Source: Nitrosopumilus sp. (lineage in GTDB: Archaea > Thermoproteota > Nitrososphaeria > Nitrososphaerales > Nitrosopumilaceae). Taken from it: DNA of 64,000 nt. This document shows, piece by piece, positions 47,165 to 57,254 of the stretch. A model generated the notes under the pieces. The model was given only the letters and a program-made list of their open reading frames with translations. It was not told the origin of the DNA and made no database searches. Positions within the stretch are counted from its first letter, which is position 1; each line of letters starts with the position of its first letter. A program made the translations under genes and the position numbers. The stretch covers positions 1,312,001-1,376,000 of the forward strand of contig CBDBLO010000002.1 of the NCBI GenBank assembly GCA_965207075.1, given 5' to 3'.

Positions 47165-49777
47165 TTGGCCAGCCGCCCATTATTCTTGTTACTTGCACTT
47201 TCTCTAATTGCAGCCGGGGCGTCCGGGGCGGCGTATGCCGACATGGACAACCCATCGCCCGCAAAACAGGTTGCAAAAGGCACGGCGCCAGAGGACGTCG
47301 CATGCAACGGCGAGCGCGTACTGATGCTCAAGGCAAACGGTGATCCGATCTGCGCACTCCCCTCGTCGGTGGACCGCCTGGCCGCCATGGAATTTGCGAC
47401 CATAGTTGAGGCTGCCTCAATAGACATGGAGGCGGCGGAGCCCGAAGACGTCGAGATGGCGTCCCCCGAGGATGCGGCAGAACCGGAGTCCGCCCTTGTG
47501 GTGTCGATGACCATGTTTAGCGACCGATTTGCCGTTATGAAGGAGGATGTCAGGACCTTGGTTGCCGAGTCCATCGAAGCGTACGAGTCGGACGGCGAAG
47601 GCGCACTTGATGCAATAACCGCGGGCGCAGAGACGTACGATGCAGAATCGCCGTATGTGTTTGTAATCGACTACGACACGCTGACCATACTTGCGCACGG
47701 ATTCAATACCACCCTGGTCGGCACCATGTCGAGCGCGCTAGACGACGGCGAAAAGACGTACGACGAGATCAAGGCCGAGCTTGACGAGGACGGCGAGACT
47801 TGGGTCATGTATCCGTTTACAAACCCCGCAACCGAGAAGATGCAGACTAAAAAGTCGTACCTCGCGCTGCACGGCAGCCACATATTTGCCAGTGGATTCT
47901 ACCTCAATGATCTTGAAGCCGAGATGATCGTAGCAATGTGGGTTGCAAACTCGGCGGCCGGATTGTACGACGAGCACGGGACCGACTCGTTTGGCATGAT
48001 AACTGATGCCGCCGAGGACTACGTGCCGGGAGGCACCTATCCGTTTGCCGTCGACATTGAAGCCGGGGTGGTGGTGGCGCACGGTGCCGACGCGGCCCGC
48101 GTGGGCGACGTGTCCGTGTCCGTTACAGACTCGAACAAGCCCCTTGAACTGATCCGGGCAGAGTCCGAACTCAACGGCGGCGCCTGGGTGACGTACACGT
48201 TTACGAACTTTGAGACTCAGGCAGAGGAGATAAAGCTCTCCTGGCTTGTGATACGCGACGGCTACGCGTTCGGGGCGGGATTCTACCCCGACGAATTCCA
48301 GACGAAAAAGATCAACGCCATCATGTCTACTGACAACGCCCTTGCGATGTATGCCGAGGGCGGGCAGGACGCCTTTGCCGAGATTACGGCCCTCAACGTC
48401 GAGGAGGAGTGGTATCCGTTTGTAATGGACTCGGAGGCAAACACGGAGCTCGCAGACGGTTCCATACTAGACCGGACAGGCCAGAAGATCTGGGAGCCGT
48501 ACCAGATGAGCGCGGCCATCCGGGACTCCAGGGGCGCGTTTGACGAGGGACAGGGGGTGTTCGGAAAGTACGTGTTCTTGAACCCCGAGACCGGCGAGGA
48601 GCAGGCCAAAAAGGCATGGTTCATCATGCACGACGGCTACATATTCGGAGCCGGGTTCTACCTGACAGGCGAGTACGCCGAGAAGACAGAGGTTATGTGG
48701 TCCGTGGGCACCACTGTCGAGATGTACAAGGAGCTTGGAATGGACGCGACGTTTGCGGCCGTAGACGCAATGAACACGGACTATCCGTCGTACCCGTTCG
48801 TGCTTGACGACATGCTTGTAATCGCGGCGCACGGCGCGAACACGGATATTGTCGGGGGATACCTGTTTGATATAGTCACTCCGGACAAGGACGCGGAGCA
48901 GATAATGGAGGAGCTGGCAGGCGACGGGGCCCGAACGTGGATAACCTATACGTTTGTGAACCCCGAGACCGGCGAGGACGCCGAGAAGGTCACGCTGCTT
49001 GAGATGCACGACGGCTACATATTCGCAGCCGGCTACTATATGGATCCCGAACCGCCGGTAGCGGAGGTCTCATTTGACGACGCGGAGCAGGCCTGGCTTG
49101 AGGATCATCCGGTGATAACGGTCGCGTATGACCCTGCATGGCCCCCGTACGAGTACGTGGATGACGAGGGAAGCCTTGCCGGGGTGTCCGGAGCCATTGC
49201 AGACGCGCTCGAGGGCATGACCGGCTCCCAGTTCGCGGAGGCGGATCCCGTAATTGAATCTTGGAACGATGCGCTCGACCGCATGAAAGACGGAACGGCC
49301 GACGTTCTGTTCGTGGTCGAGAACACTGCCGAGAGGGACGAATACATGGACTTTACGGAGCCGTGGATAACAATACCAATCTCTATAATCACGCTTGAGG
49401 AGAACGCTGATGTCATAACGTCCGAGAACCTTGCAGAATACAGGGTGGTGACGGTGGACGGCTATGCCGTGGAGACCTGGCTGGATGAGAACATGCCTGA
49501 CGTGGCGTACGAGTCTGCCGACTCCGCACAGGCGGCGCTGACCATGGTATCAGACGACAGCGCCGATGCATTTTTGGACGTGTGGGAAGTTGCAAGATAC
49601 ATTGCGGCCAGTAACGGCATCGAGAACCTGGCAGAAGCGGGTACGATTGCCGACGAGTACACGCTGTCGGTAGGATACACGGAGGGCGACGACACGCTTG
49701 GCGGCATACTGCAAAAGATGCTCGACGCCATGTCCAAAGGCGAGATTGAGCGCATCGTAAACGAGGCCGTCTCGTAG
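47165..49777 (+). CDS. Secreted protein: Cys-pair N-domain, four single Cache domains, C-terminal family-3 solute-binding domain
   Basis: TTG start with signal peptide ending AYA; SPAKQ..C..C motif; four Y.F..D...A(H/D)G...Y.F.N..T....K......G..F..G.Y repeats; BvgS-like EQAWLEDHPVITVAYDPAWPPYEY; no internal or C-terminal TM. Confidence 0.82.
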   Translation: MASRPLFLLLALSLIAAGASGAAYADMDNPSPAKQVAKGTAPEDVACNGERVLMLKANGDPICALPSSVDRLAAMEFATIVEAASIDMEAAEPEDVEMASPEDAAEPESALVVSMTMFSDRFAVMKEDVRTLVAESIEAYESDGEGALDAITAGAETYDAESPYVFVIDYDTLTILAHGFNTTLVGTMSSALDDGEKTYDEIKAELDEDGETWVMYPFTNPATEKMQTKKSYLALHGSHIFASGFYLNDLEAEMIVAMWVANSAAGLYDEHGTDSFGMITDAAEDYVPGGTYPFAVDIEAGVVVAHGADAARVGDVSVSVTDSNKPLELIRAESELNGGAWVTYTFTNFETQAEEIKLSWLVIRDGYAFGAGFYPDEFQTKKINAIMSTDNALAMYAEGGQDAFAEITALNVEEEWYPFVMDSEANTELADGSILDRTGQKIWEPYQMSAAIRDSRGAFDEGQGVFGKYVFLNPETGEEQAKKAWFIMHDGYIFGAGFYLTGEYAEKTEVMWSVGTTVEMYKELGMDATFAAVDAMNTDYPSYPFVLDDMLVIAAHGANTDIVGGYLFDIVTPDKDAEQIMEELAGDGARTWITYTFVNPETGEDAEKVTLLEMHDGYIFAAGYYMDPEPPVAEVSFDDAEQAWLEDHPVITVAYDPAWPPYEYVDDEGSLAGVSGAIADALEGMTGSQFAEADPVIESWNDALDRMKDGTADVLFVVENTAERDEYMDFTEPWITIPISIITLEENADVITSENLAEYRVVTVDGYAVETWLDENMPDVAYESADSAQAALTMVSDDSADAFLDVWEVARYIAASNGIENLAEAGTIADEYTLSVGYTEGDDTLGGILQKMLDAMSKGEIERIVNEAVS

Positions 49778-49886
49778 AACACGCGTCGGCTACGGCGGCA
49801 CCTAGATGCTTTGCAACCTGCATCCCAAACGCGGCTTCCTTTTTGGTGCGGGCGCCGCCGTACTGCAGTCCGGCCCGCCGCCACAG

Positions 49887-50636
49887 CTAGTTGCCGCGAT
49901 ACCATGGATCGTATCCGAGCCTATCGAGGAAGTGCTCCCACGACTTGAACTCTCTTTTGTAGTCTGATATGGCAAACCGCGAGTGTTCCAGCATGTCCTG
50001 CGGCGTCGGAACCCTGCCCGCCTTGGCCCTTGCCATCTCAAAGTCCGCTATCAGAGATATCTTGTTGGGCTCGCTGCCGACGGCGTGCCTCACCACCTCG
50101 CCAAACCCTGCGTCAAACTCCGTCGCGATGTCCGATGCGGTCCACCCGTGCCGCAGAGGAAAGCCCTCGGCCAGATTTTCGGGATCATGGCCCATGCGGG
50201 CCATGAGCGCGCCGAGCTCCTTGAGCATCAGGGCACGTTTTTTGTTAAAGTAAGACAGGTCTATGCGCGGATGCTCCTCCTCCTCTTTGTCACCTCCCGC
50301 CCACAAGGACGCGCCTCTGGGGCCCCTGCCTGCCCCCCTCATCCCGAACTCGTCCGTGGCGGTCATGGAGCCTGCGTCATAAGCGTTGCTCCGCAGCTTT
50401 GACTTGTACACTATGTTCCTTGGATTGCGCCTGACCCTGTAGTTGCAGCAGTTGCAGAACCATCCCTTCGAGCCCGCCGTGGCGGGCCTGCCACCAAATA
50501 GGTGCGCCCCCTGGTGGTCTATCCACATGTCACACGTCTGGCACCTTGCCTGCCCCGCCACGTACCTTCCCCCGGCCGCAGGCTTCTTTACGCCGTAGTT
50601 TTTGCACGTGCCGTCGCAGATGCGCTTGAGGGCCAC
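49887..50636 (-). CDS. Zinc-finger protein with a C-terminal homing-endonuclease-associated (HNH_repeat-like) module
   Basis: CDGTC, CQTC, CNCC; GRVPTPQDM......SDYKREFKSW..FL..LG. Confidence 0.65.
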   Translation of the reverse strand: MALKRICDGTCKNYGVKKPAAGGRYVAGQARCQTCDMWIDHQGAHLFGGRPATAGSKGWFCNCCNYRVRRNPRNIVYKSKLRSNAYDAGSMTATDEFGMRGAGRGPRGASLWAGGDKEEEEHPRIDLSYFNKKRALMLKELGALMARMGHDPENLAEGFPLRHGWTASDIATEFDAGFGEVVRHAVGSEPNKISLIADFEMARAKAGRVPTPQDMLEHSRFAISDYKREFKSWEHFLDRLGYDPWYRGN

Positions 50637-50807
50637 GGCATGTATGGGCGCGCGAGATATAACCGTTTTTCGTAGGCGCGACTTTAAATTTGATCATCGG
50701 CCCCCACCCCTCCGGAATGCCCGCAGCCTGACCGCGCTGTAACTCGGACCGCGCTGTCCACGCCGCAATCAGAACAAGATATAACCGCCGTACGGGGAGT
50801 GGCTGGC

Positions 50808-51485
50808 ATGACTACGGCACGCCGGGCAAGTCCGCCCGCGCACGGCGCCCCCGATCCAGGGCAGGCCGGTGATGTGCGCGGCCGCGGCCCTGCCGCGGGA
50901 CGGCGCCAGAGTCGTGCAAAGTACGAACGCAGCGACAACGGCAGTGGCAACAGGACCGCCGCACGCACCCGCCGCCAGCGCGGCTACCAGTGGGAGGACA
51001 CACTGGTAAAGCGGTTCAACTCAAGCGAGGGATGGAGGGCCTTCCGGCTCGGCTCCCCCAGTACGGGGCTGCCGGACATACTGGCCGTGAACCCAAAGAG
51101 GGGGCACCTAGTCGTAATCGAGGCAAAGTCAGGTTCGGGCACCGCGCTGTCGGTTCCGGCCGAGCAGGTGGAGCGCTGCAGGGTATGGGCCGACACATTC
51201 TCGGCATTCAAGAAGCGCCATGTCATACTTGCCTACAAGTTCATCTCAAAGAGGCGTGTAGGGACTGCCGAGTACCGTCCAAGGGCGCTCCATGAGTTTT
51301 ACAAGGTCAGGGGCCACAGGTCGAAGACGACCGAGTGCATATGCACGTACGACGGGAGGTTCTATACAAAGCGAGAGGGGCTCGACAGCGACTACAGGGT
51401 GCCGGTCCGTGGTGCCGAGTGCGTCATGCCGTTTGAGACGCGGCAGCCCGCAGAGGCCGTCCGCGGCGCGCGAATCATTTTTTAG
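50808..51485 (+). CDS. Hjc-like PD-(D/E)XK endonuclease / resolvase
   Basis: RGYQWE, LPDILAV, VIEAKS, EQVER; start uncertain. Confidence 0.8.
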   Translation: MTTARRASPPAHGAPDPGQAGDVRGRGPAAGRRQSRAKYERSDNGSGNRTAARTRRQRGYQWEDTLVKRFNSSEGWRAFRLGSPSTGLPDILAVNPKRGHLVVIEAKSGSGTALSVPAEQVERCRVWADTFSAFKKRHVILAYKFISKRRVGTAEYRPRALHEFYKVRGHRSKTTECICTYDGRFYTKREGLDSDYRVPVRGAECVMPFETRQPAEAVRGARIIF

Positions 51486-51507
51486 TAGTGGGGGCGTACG
51501 ATCTGCG

Positions 51508-51960
51508 ATGTCGTCGGGCAACTTTGACGTGGAGGAGCCGGCCACCACGGAGACAAAGTCCCTGCTCGACACGGTGTCCGACACCGAGTCAGGCTCGCGC
51601 ACCAGCTTTGAGGAGTTTACCGACGAGCGGATGCTCACCAGTTACGACGTTTTTCGGACAAAGCAGATGAAGATAAAGGTGCTGGAGGTCTCCGACGAGG
51701 TCCCCTCGTCCCGGTGGAAGTTTGGCGACCGCGTCAAGGTGACAAAGATACTGGTTACGATAAAGCACCTGACTACCCAGGAGGTAGAGGAGGCGGAGTT
51801 TGACATAGAGGCAATCGAGAGGGAGCTTGCCGAAAAACGGCACTATACGTCCACAAACAGGTGGATTCCCACCGCCGACATCAAGAACGGATACGTGCTC
51901 GGGGTTCGGCACACCAGGCTGATCAGCGACGCGTCGGCGCTTGACTATATCGTATTCTGA
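51508..51960 (+). CDS. Hypothetical protein
   Basis: 150-aa ATG ORF directly downstream of the nuclease; globular sequence. Confidence 0.7.
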   Translation: MSSGNFDVEEPATTETKSLLDTVSDTESGSRTSFEEFTDERMLTSYDVFRTKQMKIKVLEVSDEVPSSRWKFGDRVKVTKILVTIKHLTTQEVEEAEFDIEAIERELAEKRHYTSTNRWIPTADIKNGYVLGVRHTRLISDASALDYIVF

Positions 51961-52142
51961 GCTCATGCATGCGGCGCACGCGCCGCTGCCCTCCCGGAAG
52001 TGCCATTCGGGCCATGGTTGTCCCTGTATCGTGGCTTGTGCGACGGAGGCCGCGCCCCGTCTGCCACAGGATGCGTCACCCCCTGCCGGAACCAGGATCA
52101 TTTTTCGTTAAAAGTTATAAGCACACCTCTCAGAGGCCCATT

Positions 52143-52478
52143 GTGAGTTCAAGGGAGTTCAGCATAAACGGAACGGATTACAGAATCATGCTGACCGATC
52201 AGGTCGTCGAGCACGTCAACACGCTGCGCAACCTGTATGGAGCCGCATACGAGGATCCGGAGAGTTTTGAGGATCTGAGCGCGGAGATATCCGAGACGAT
52301 CCACGAGATCGCATCAGGGGTGGAGCCGCCCGTGGACGACAGCGATCTCGACGGCATGATTCAAGAGGTGATAAGGGCCGTGGACAGCAAGGCCGAGGCC
52401 AGGGAGAACGAGCTTAACGAAAAGCAGGCGCCGGCAAGCGGCCGCCGGAAGAGCCGGAACCCGGCGCGGCGGCGGTGA
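52143..52478 (+). CDS. Hypothetical protein
   Basis: GTG about 25 nt after GTTATAAG; acidic helical sequence. Confidence 0.7.
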   Translation: MSSREFSINGTDYRIMLTDQVVEHVNTLRNLYGAAYEDPESFEDLSAEISETIHEIASGVEPPVDDSDLDGMIQEVIRAVDSKAEARENELNEKQAPASGRRKSRNPARRR

Positions 52479-52566
52479 CTGGCCGGCGCGGCGGATCCTG
52501 CGGCGTGCCGGGCCGGACGCCGCGCCTGGAGCATCTATTATATGCTGATCCCGCATATCATATGTG

Positions 52567-52686
52567 ATGGCAAGGAGCTGCGAGTGCGGCATATGCGGGC
52601 ACCACCACGAGGACGAGTGCATCGAGAAGGAGTGCGGGTGCTGCCTCAACTTTCACATAAGGTCGGGCCCCGGAAGGCGGGGCTAG
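52567..52686 (+). CDS. Metallothionein-like Cys/His microprotein (39 aa)
   Basis: Hand translation MARSCECGICGHHHEDECIEKECGCCLNFHIRSGPGRRG; TATTATAT about 25 nt upstream. Confidence 0.7.
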   Translation: MARSCECGICGHHHEDECIEKECGCCLNFHIRSGPGRRG

Positions 52687-52825
52687 CGGCCTCCGGCCCC
52701 TCTGTTTTTGCACGAGCACCTGCCCGCCGCATGCCTTGCGCACCCGAACACCCTGTGGTCCCGGCATCCGCACAGCACGCACCTCCTCTCGCCCCTGTTC
52801 CGGCCGCCGTCGGCCGCGCCGCGCG

Positions 52826-53200
52826 TCATAGCTGCTCTGCCATCTCCATCGTGGATTTCATCATCCCCTTGTCCTCGAGCGCCTCTAATATCTTGGCCCT
52901 GACGTTGTTTATGCGCATCACGTCCTCTGCGTACAGCATGTACATCGCATCAAGCTCGCCCTCAAAGTCGTACGAGTCGAGGTATGCGGCAAACTTTGCC
53001 CGCAGCGCCTTGTAGTCCGAGTTGGCAATGCTCGACTCTGGAACGCTTGAGAGCACCGCCTTGAGCGATCCGTTTATCCGGAGCATCTCCCTCTTTAGCC
53101 CGTCAATGTCAAGCGGGGCGTCCTTGATGTCGGCAAGCACGCCGTACGACTCGAGTACCTGGAGCAGCACCCTCTTCAAGTGCCCCGAATATGTGACCAT
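52826..53200 (-). CDS. Hypothetical protein
   Basis: Helical 124-aa ORF, AT-rich box upstream. Confidence 0.7.
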   Translation of the reverse strand: MVTYSGHLKRVLLQVLESYGVLADIKDAPLDIDGLKREMLRINGSLKAVLSSVPESSIANSDYKALRAKFAAYLDSYDFEGELDAMYMLYAEDVMRINNVRAKILEALEDKGMMKSTMEMAEQL

Positions 53201-53551
53201 GCCGTTACGCGGCACGTTCTTAATCTAAATATTGCCCACGCCTGCGCCGGCTCGGACGCAGGGTGGACGCGCCGGTCGCGGGCGCGCCCGGGGCGCCGGG
53301 GGACCCTGTCGGATTGGCCGCCACGTCGGGCAGCATAGCGCGAATGCAGGGCCGCCCGGCGCGAAGGGCCCCTGTCCAAAAGGGACCGCGCGCCTGCGGC
53401 TGCCACTGCCCCCGGCACGAGATGCGCGGGGGGCGGGACAGACTGCCGCGCGGGGATCCGGCGTGCCGGGTGTGTTGCGCTCGGCATGCCGCGTCCGGCA
53501 GCCGGGGTTTTGATTACAAATGCTTAAAAAAACACGCCCCGGCCTCTTGGT

Positions 53552-54898
53552 ATGGACGGCCAAAAGGCTGGCGCGCATCTTGAGTGCATACACCCCAAGT
53601 GCCCCCTTCGCTACGAGATTGGAGAGGCTAGGGTCGAGTGCGAGGGGGGGCACCTCCTCGACGTGACGTACGACCGGGGGCCCCACGTGCGCACAAAGGA
53701 CGTTTTTTACAGGCGCCGCAACTCGCAGGGGAACATATTTGACGAGAGCGGGGTCTGGCGGTTCCGGGAACTGCTCAACTTTTGCCAGATCGACACGGAG
53801 GACGCGCAGGCATGCGCGTCCGTGCTGGTGTCCCTGGACGGGGCCGAGGGCAGGCAGGCAAAGCCGTACCACATGTCCAAGGCGGCCGAGTTTGCCGGCA
53901 TCGCAAGCGACGGGCTGTGGCTCCAGCCGGAGGGCTACAACCCGAGCGGCTCGTTCAAGGACAACGGGATGACCACCGCCGTCACGCACGCCAGGCTGAC
54001 CGGCGCAGACCGCATCGTGTGCGCGTCGACCGGCAACACGTCCGCGTCGGCAGGGATGTTTGCCGCAAACGAGGGCATGTCCTGCGACGTGTACATCCCG
54101 GCCGGGCAGATTGCCCCCGGCAAGCTCAGCCAGGCGTACCAGTTCGGAGCCCAGATAATAGAGGTCGACGGAAACTTTGACGACGCGCTGCAGCAGTCGC
54201 TGACAGACGCCCGAACCGGGGGAGGCTATACGGTCAACTCGATAAACCCGTTCCGGATAGAGGGGCAGAAGACCATACCGTTCAGGGCGCTCGAGTACCT
54301 GAACTGGGCGGTCCCTGACTGGATCGTGTACCCCGGGGGGGCGCTCGGGAACACGTCAAGCTGCGGCAAGGCCCTGATGGAGCTGTACGGGTGGGGCTGG
54401 ATAAAAAAGATGCCGAGGATAGCCGTGATAAACGCGGAGGGGGCGCGCACGCTGTCGGATCTGTACAACGGGGCATTTGAGGGCACGGAGCTGCGGTGGA
54501 ACGCCGGGCTGCCCGACGAGGACGCCATCGCAAGATACTATGCAGGCCTTGACGGGCGCGGCGAGAGGCCGCGCACAAAGGCCACCGCCATACAGATTGG
54601 GAGGCCCGCCAACATACTAAAGGGGCTCAGAGCCCTGGAGCTGACCGACGGGGTCGTCACCACCGTGTCCGACGCGGAGATGCTTGACGGCATGTCGGTG
54701 GTGGGGCTCAACGGGTTCGACTGCGAGATGGCGTCCGGGGCCACCGTCGCCGGAATCAGAAAGCTCGTAAGGCAGGAGGTGATAAAGCGCGACGACGTGG
54801 TGGTGGGGATCCTTACGGGCCGGCAAAAGGACGCGATGCTGCCCGTCAAGTATCACCAGGATCCGGCCAACCGCTTTGCGATACCGCCAAAGAGGTAG
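53552..54898 (+). CDS. thrC: Threonine synthase
   Basis: NPSGSFKD, CASTGNTS, NSINPFRIEGQKT, ATAIQIG. Confidence 0.93.
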   Translation: MDGQKAGAHLECIHPKCPLRYEIGEARVECEGGHLLDVTYDRGPHVRTKDVFYRRRNSQGNIFDESGVWRFRELLNFCQIDTEDAQACASVLVSLDGAEGRQAKPYHMSKAAEFAGIASDGLWLQPEGYNPSGSFKDNGMTTAVTHARLTGADRIVCASTGNTSASAGMFAANEGMSCDVYIPAGQIAPGKLSQAYQFGAQIIEVDGNFDDALQQSLTDARTGGGYTVNSINPFRIEGQKTIPFRALEYLNWAVPDWIVYPGGALGNTSSCGKALMELYGWGWIKKMPRIAVINAEGARTLSDLYNGAFEGTELRWNAGLPDEDAIARYYAGLDGRGERPRTKATAIQIGRPANILKGLRALELTDGVVTTVSDAEMLDGMSVVGLNGFDCEMASGATVAGIRKLVRQEVIKRDDVVVGILTGRQKDAMLPVKYHQDPANRFAIPPKR

Positions 54899-54924
54899 GG
54901 GCCGGTGCGGGCCCGCGTGTGGGC

Positions 54925-55035
54925 TCAGGGGCCTGTCACGCGCACGAGCATCTCCCACATGACGTACGCGCCCGCGGCAATCCCCGCGGCGCCGACTGCC
55001 ATCGCCAGCAAAAGAAAGCTTTTTCGCTCGGCCAT
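54925..55035 (-). CDS. Possible single-TM microprotein (36 aa)
   Basis: MAERKSFLLLAMAVGAAGIAAGAYVMWEMLVRVTGP; ATAATAG about 25 nt upstream. Confidence 0.4.
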   Translation of the reverse strand: MAERKSFLLLAMAVGAAGIAAGAYVMWEMLVRVTGP

Positions 55036-55387
55036 CTGCCTCTGGCGCCCGCCGCGGCCTATTATCGCTATCGTCGCGGCCGTAACCGGTGCACAAATTC
55101 GGGGGGGGGGATGTGCCCGGTCCTCTCTCCAGTGAATGGGATTCCAAATAGCATCACATGTCAATCTCGCTTCAAGCACAAGGGATGCGGTGCAGCATAG
55201 ATCAGACCGCGCTCTGAGTTTCATGAGCGGCCCGTCTCGTCCGGATGTGCGGCTTTTGTGTCAAGAGCGTGAAAGACGGGGGGCGGGGCCGCCGGAATGA
55301 CTGCAGATGCGGACACCTTGCCAAAGGACATGCATGCCAGCCGCCACAACCCGCGCCCTGCAAACCACAGTGCGGCCTGGAACGGCC

Positions 55388-56182
55388 TCACCGCATTCCG
55401 AGGTACAGCCGTCCAAGCTCCCGGTGCGCCAGCAGCTCCTCCGGGGTCCCGTCAAAGACGTTCTTGCCGTTTGCCAAAAGGTACACAGAGTCCCCCAACC
55501 TCAGTGCACGCCTGACGTTCTGCTCCACCAGAATCACGGAGATGCCAAACTCGTCCCTCAGCTGTCTTATCTTTGAGAGGACCTCCAAGGCGAGCTTGGG
55601 CGACAGGCTGGCAGTCGGCTCATCAAACAGCATGACGGTGGGCCTCCTGATGAGCGCCATGCCCATCGCGAGCATCTGCCGCTCCCCGCCGCTGAGCGTC
55701 TGCGCCTTTGAATCCTCGTACGTCCTCAGTATGGGGAACGTCTCTAGTATCTCAGGCACCCTCTCTGCGAACTCTCTTGCATCCAGTGTGTACGCGGCCA
55801 TGACAAGGTTCTCCCTGATCGTGAGGTTGGCAAAGACGTTGTTGACCTGCGGCAGGTATGCTATCTTCTCCCTTGCTATCTCGTGCGGCGTGAGCTCGGT
55901 GATCGGTCTGTCATGGAACCTTATCTGCCCCCCGTATATGGTGCACAGCCCGAATATGCTCTTTAGTAACGTGCTCTTGCCGCTCCCATTGGGCCCGACT
56001 ATGACGGTGATCTCTTGCTCCATTGCCTCAAAGTGCACGTCAAAAAGTATGTGGCTGCTTGCGTAGCCGGAGCTCAGGGTGCTGACCCTGATGATGGGGC
56101 TGTCGTCGCCATCCTCCTTGACGGCGCCTCCCCTGTTGGCGCCTGTGCTGATGCCACCGGCAGTCTCGCCCATCCTACTCAC
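55388..56182 (-). CDS. livF: Branched-chain amino acid ABC transporter ATPase
   Basis: GPNGSGKST, LSGGERQMLAMG, FDEPT, LVEQN. Confidence 0.92.
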   Translation of the reverse strand: MSRMGETAGGISTGANRGGAVKEDGDDSPIIRVSTLSSGYASSHILFDVHFEAMEQEITVIVGPNGSGKSTLLKSIFGLCTIYGGQIRFHDRPITELTPHEIAREKIAYLPQVNNVFANLTIRENLVMAAYTLDAREFAERVPEILETFPILRTYEDSKAQTLSGGERQMLAMGMALIRRPTVMLFDEPTASLSPKLALEVLSKIRQLRDEFGISVILVEQNVRRALRLGDSVYLLANGKNVFDGTPEELLAHRELGRLYLGMR

Positions 56183-56936
56183 CTAGGTACGACTCCACGA
56201 CCTTTGGATCCTTTGTGACCTCATCCGGGTCGTCCTCCGCGATGATCTTGCCCCTGTTGAGTACAAAGACGCGCTCTGCATACTGCAGTGAGATGTCCAG
56301 CCTGTGCTCGATTATCAGAAACGTGATCTTTTGCTCCCTGCAGATCCTCTTGATCCTCTCAAAGATCTCGTGCGCCAGGGTGGGGTTCACCCCTGCGATG
56401 GGTTCGTCCATCAGGATCATCTTGGTGTCTGCCATCATGGCCCTGCCGAGCTCTAGCAGCTTCTGCTGCCCTCCGCTGAGGTTCCTGCTCCAGACGACCC
56501 CCTGCCCGGTCAGGTTTACCATCTCCATAATCTCCGATGCCTTGTCCGTCGCCCTCTCCTCGTCATGCCTCCATCTTGACCTTGTCGGGGCCGCAAGGAA
56601 TCCCTCGCCGCGGTTTTCGCCGCTTGACACCAGAAAGTTCTCCTCCGTCGTAAGGTTCCTAAACGGCTGCGGTATCTGCCACGTCCTGACCAGCCCCGTC
56701 TTGAAGGTGTCGAACAGCCCCCTCTGCGTGATGTCGGTCCCGTCAAATGTGACGCTGCCCGCGTCCGGCTTCATGAGCCCGGAGATCACGTTTATCAGCG
56801 TGGTCTTGCCGCTCCCGTTGGGCCCGATCATCTGGTATATCCTGCCCGCTTCCATCCCCATGTCTATTCCGTCAAGGACGACCATGCCCCCGAATTGTTT
56901 TCGGATACCGGAGAGTGACAGGATCATTGCCATCAC
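56175..56936 (-). CDS. livG: Branched-chain amino acid ABC transporter ATPase
   Basis: GPNGSGKTT, RTWQ, LSGGQQKLLE, MDEPIAG, IEH, YLG. Confidence 0.92.
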   Translation of the reverse strand: MMAMILSLSGIRKQFGGMVVLDGIDMGMEAGRIYQMIGPNGSGKTTLINVISGLMKPDAGSVTFDGTDITQRGLFDTFKTGLVRTWQIPQPFRNLTTEENFLVSSGENRGEGFLAAPTRSRWRHDEERATDKASEIMEMVNLTGQGVVWSRNLSGGQQKLLELGRAMMADTKMILMDEPIAGVNPTLAHEIFERIKRICREQKITFLIIEHRLDISLQYAERVFVLNRGKIIAEDDPDEVTKDPKVVESYLGE

Positions 56937-57254
56937 ATCTGGGAGGCCGCTGCATGATTAAGGGTTTCTGCAATGGCCAAGACGTCGCGGGGCCGCCTAG
57001 TTGGTAGACTGACCCCTCGGGTGGGAGGTGGGGAGGGGAGCGGGGAAGGGAGGGGGCGGTGGTGACGGGGTTTCCGGGACATGTGCGTGCAAATGGATGC
57101 CGCGTCAGACCTTGCGATATGTAGATTAACTCTGAGTTTCCCCCTACCGGAGATGAGCCGATCATTTGCAGCAGGCAAGCCCGCGGGCCACACATGCACC
57201 CGAACCGGCGGCGCCGGGAGAGAGGCAGGGCAGCCCGCGTAACGGAGACATGAA

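Noticed and set aside
55212-57140. 11-bp match CTCTGAGTTTC on either side of livFG as a TSD or operator
   Set aside because: No TIRs or palindromy; a match of this length is plausible by chance.
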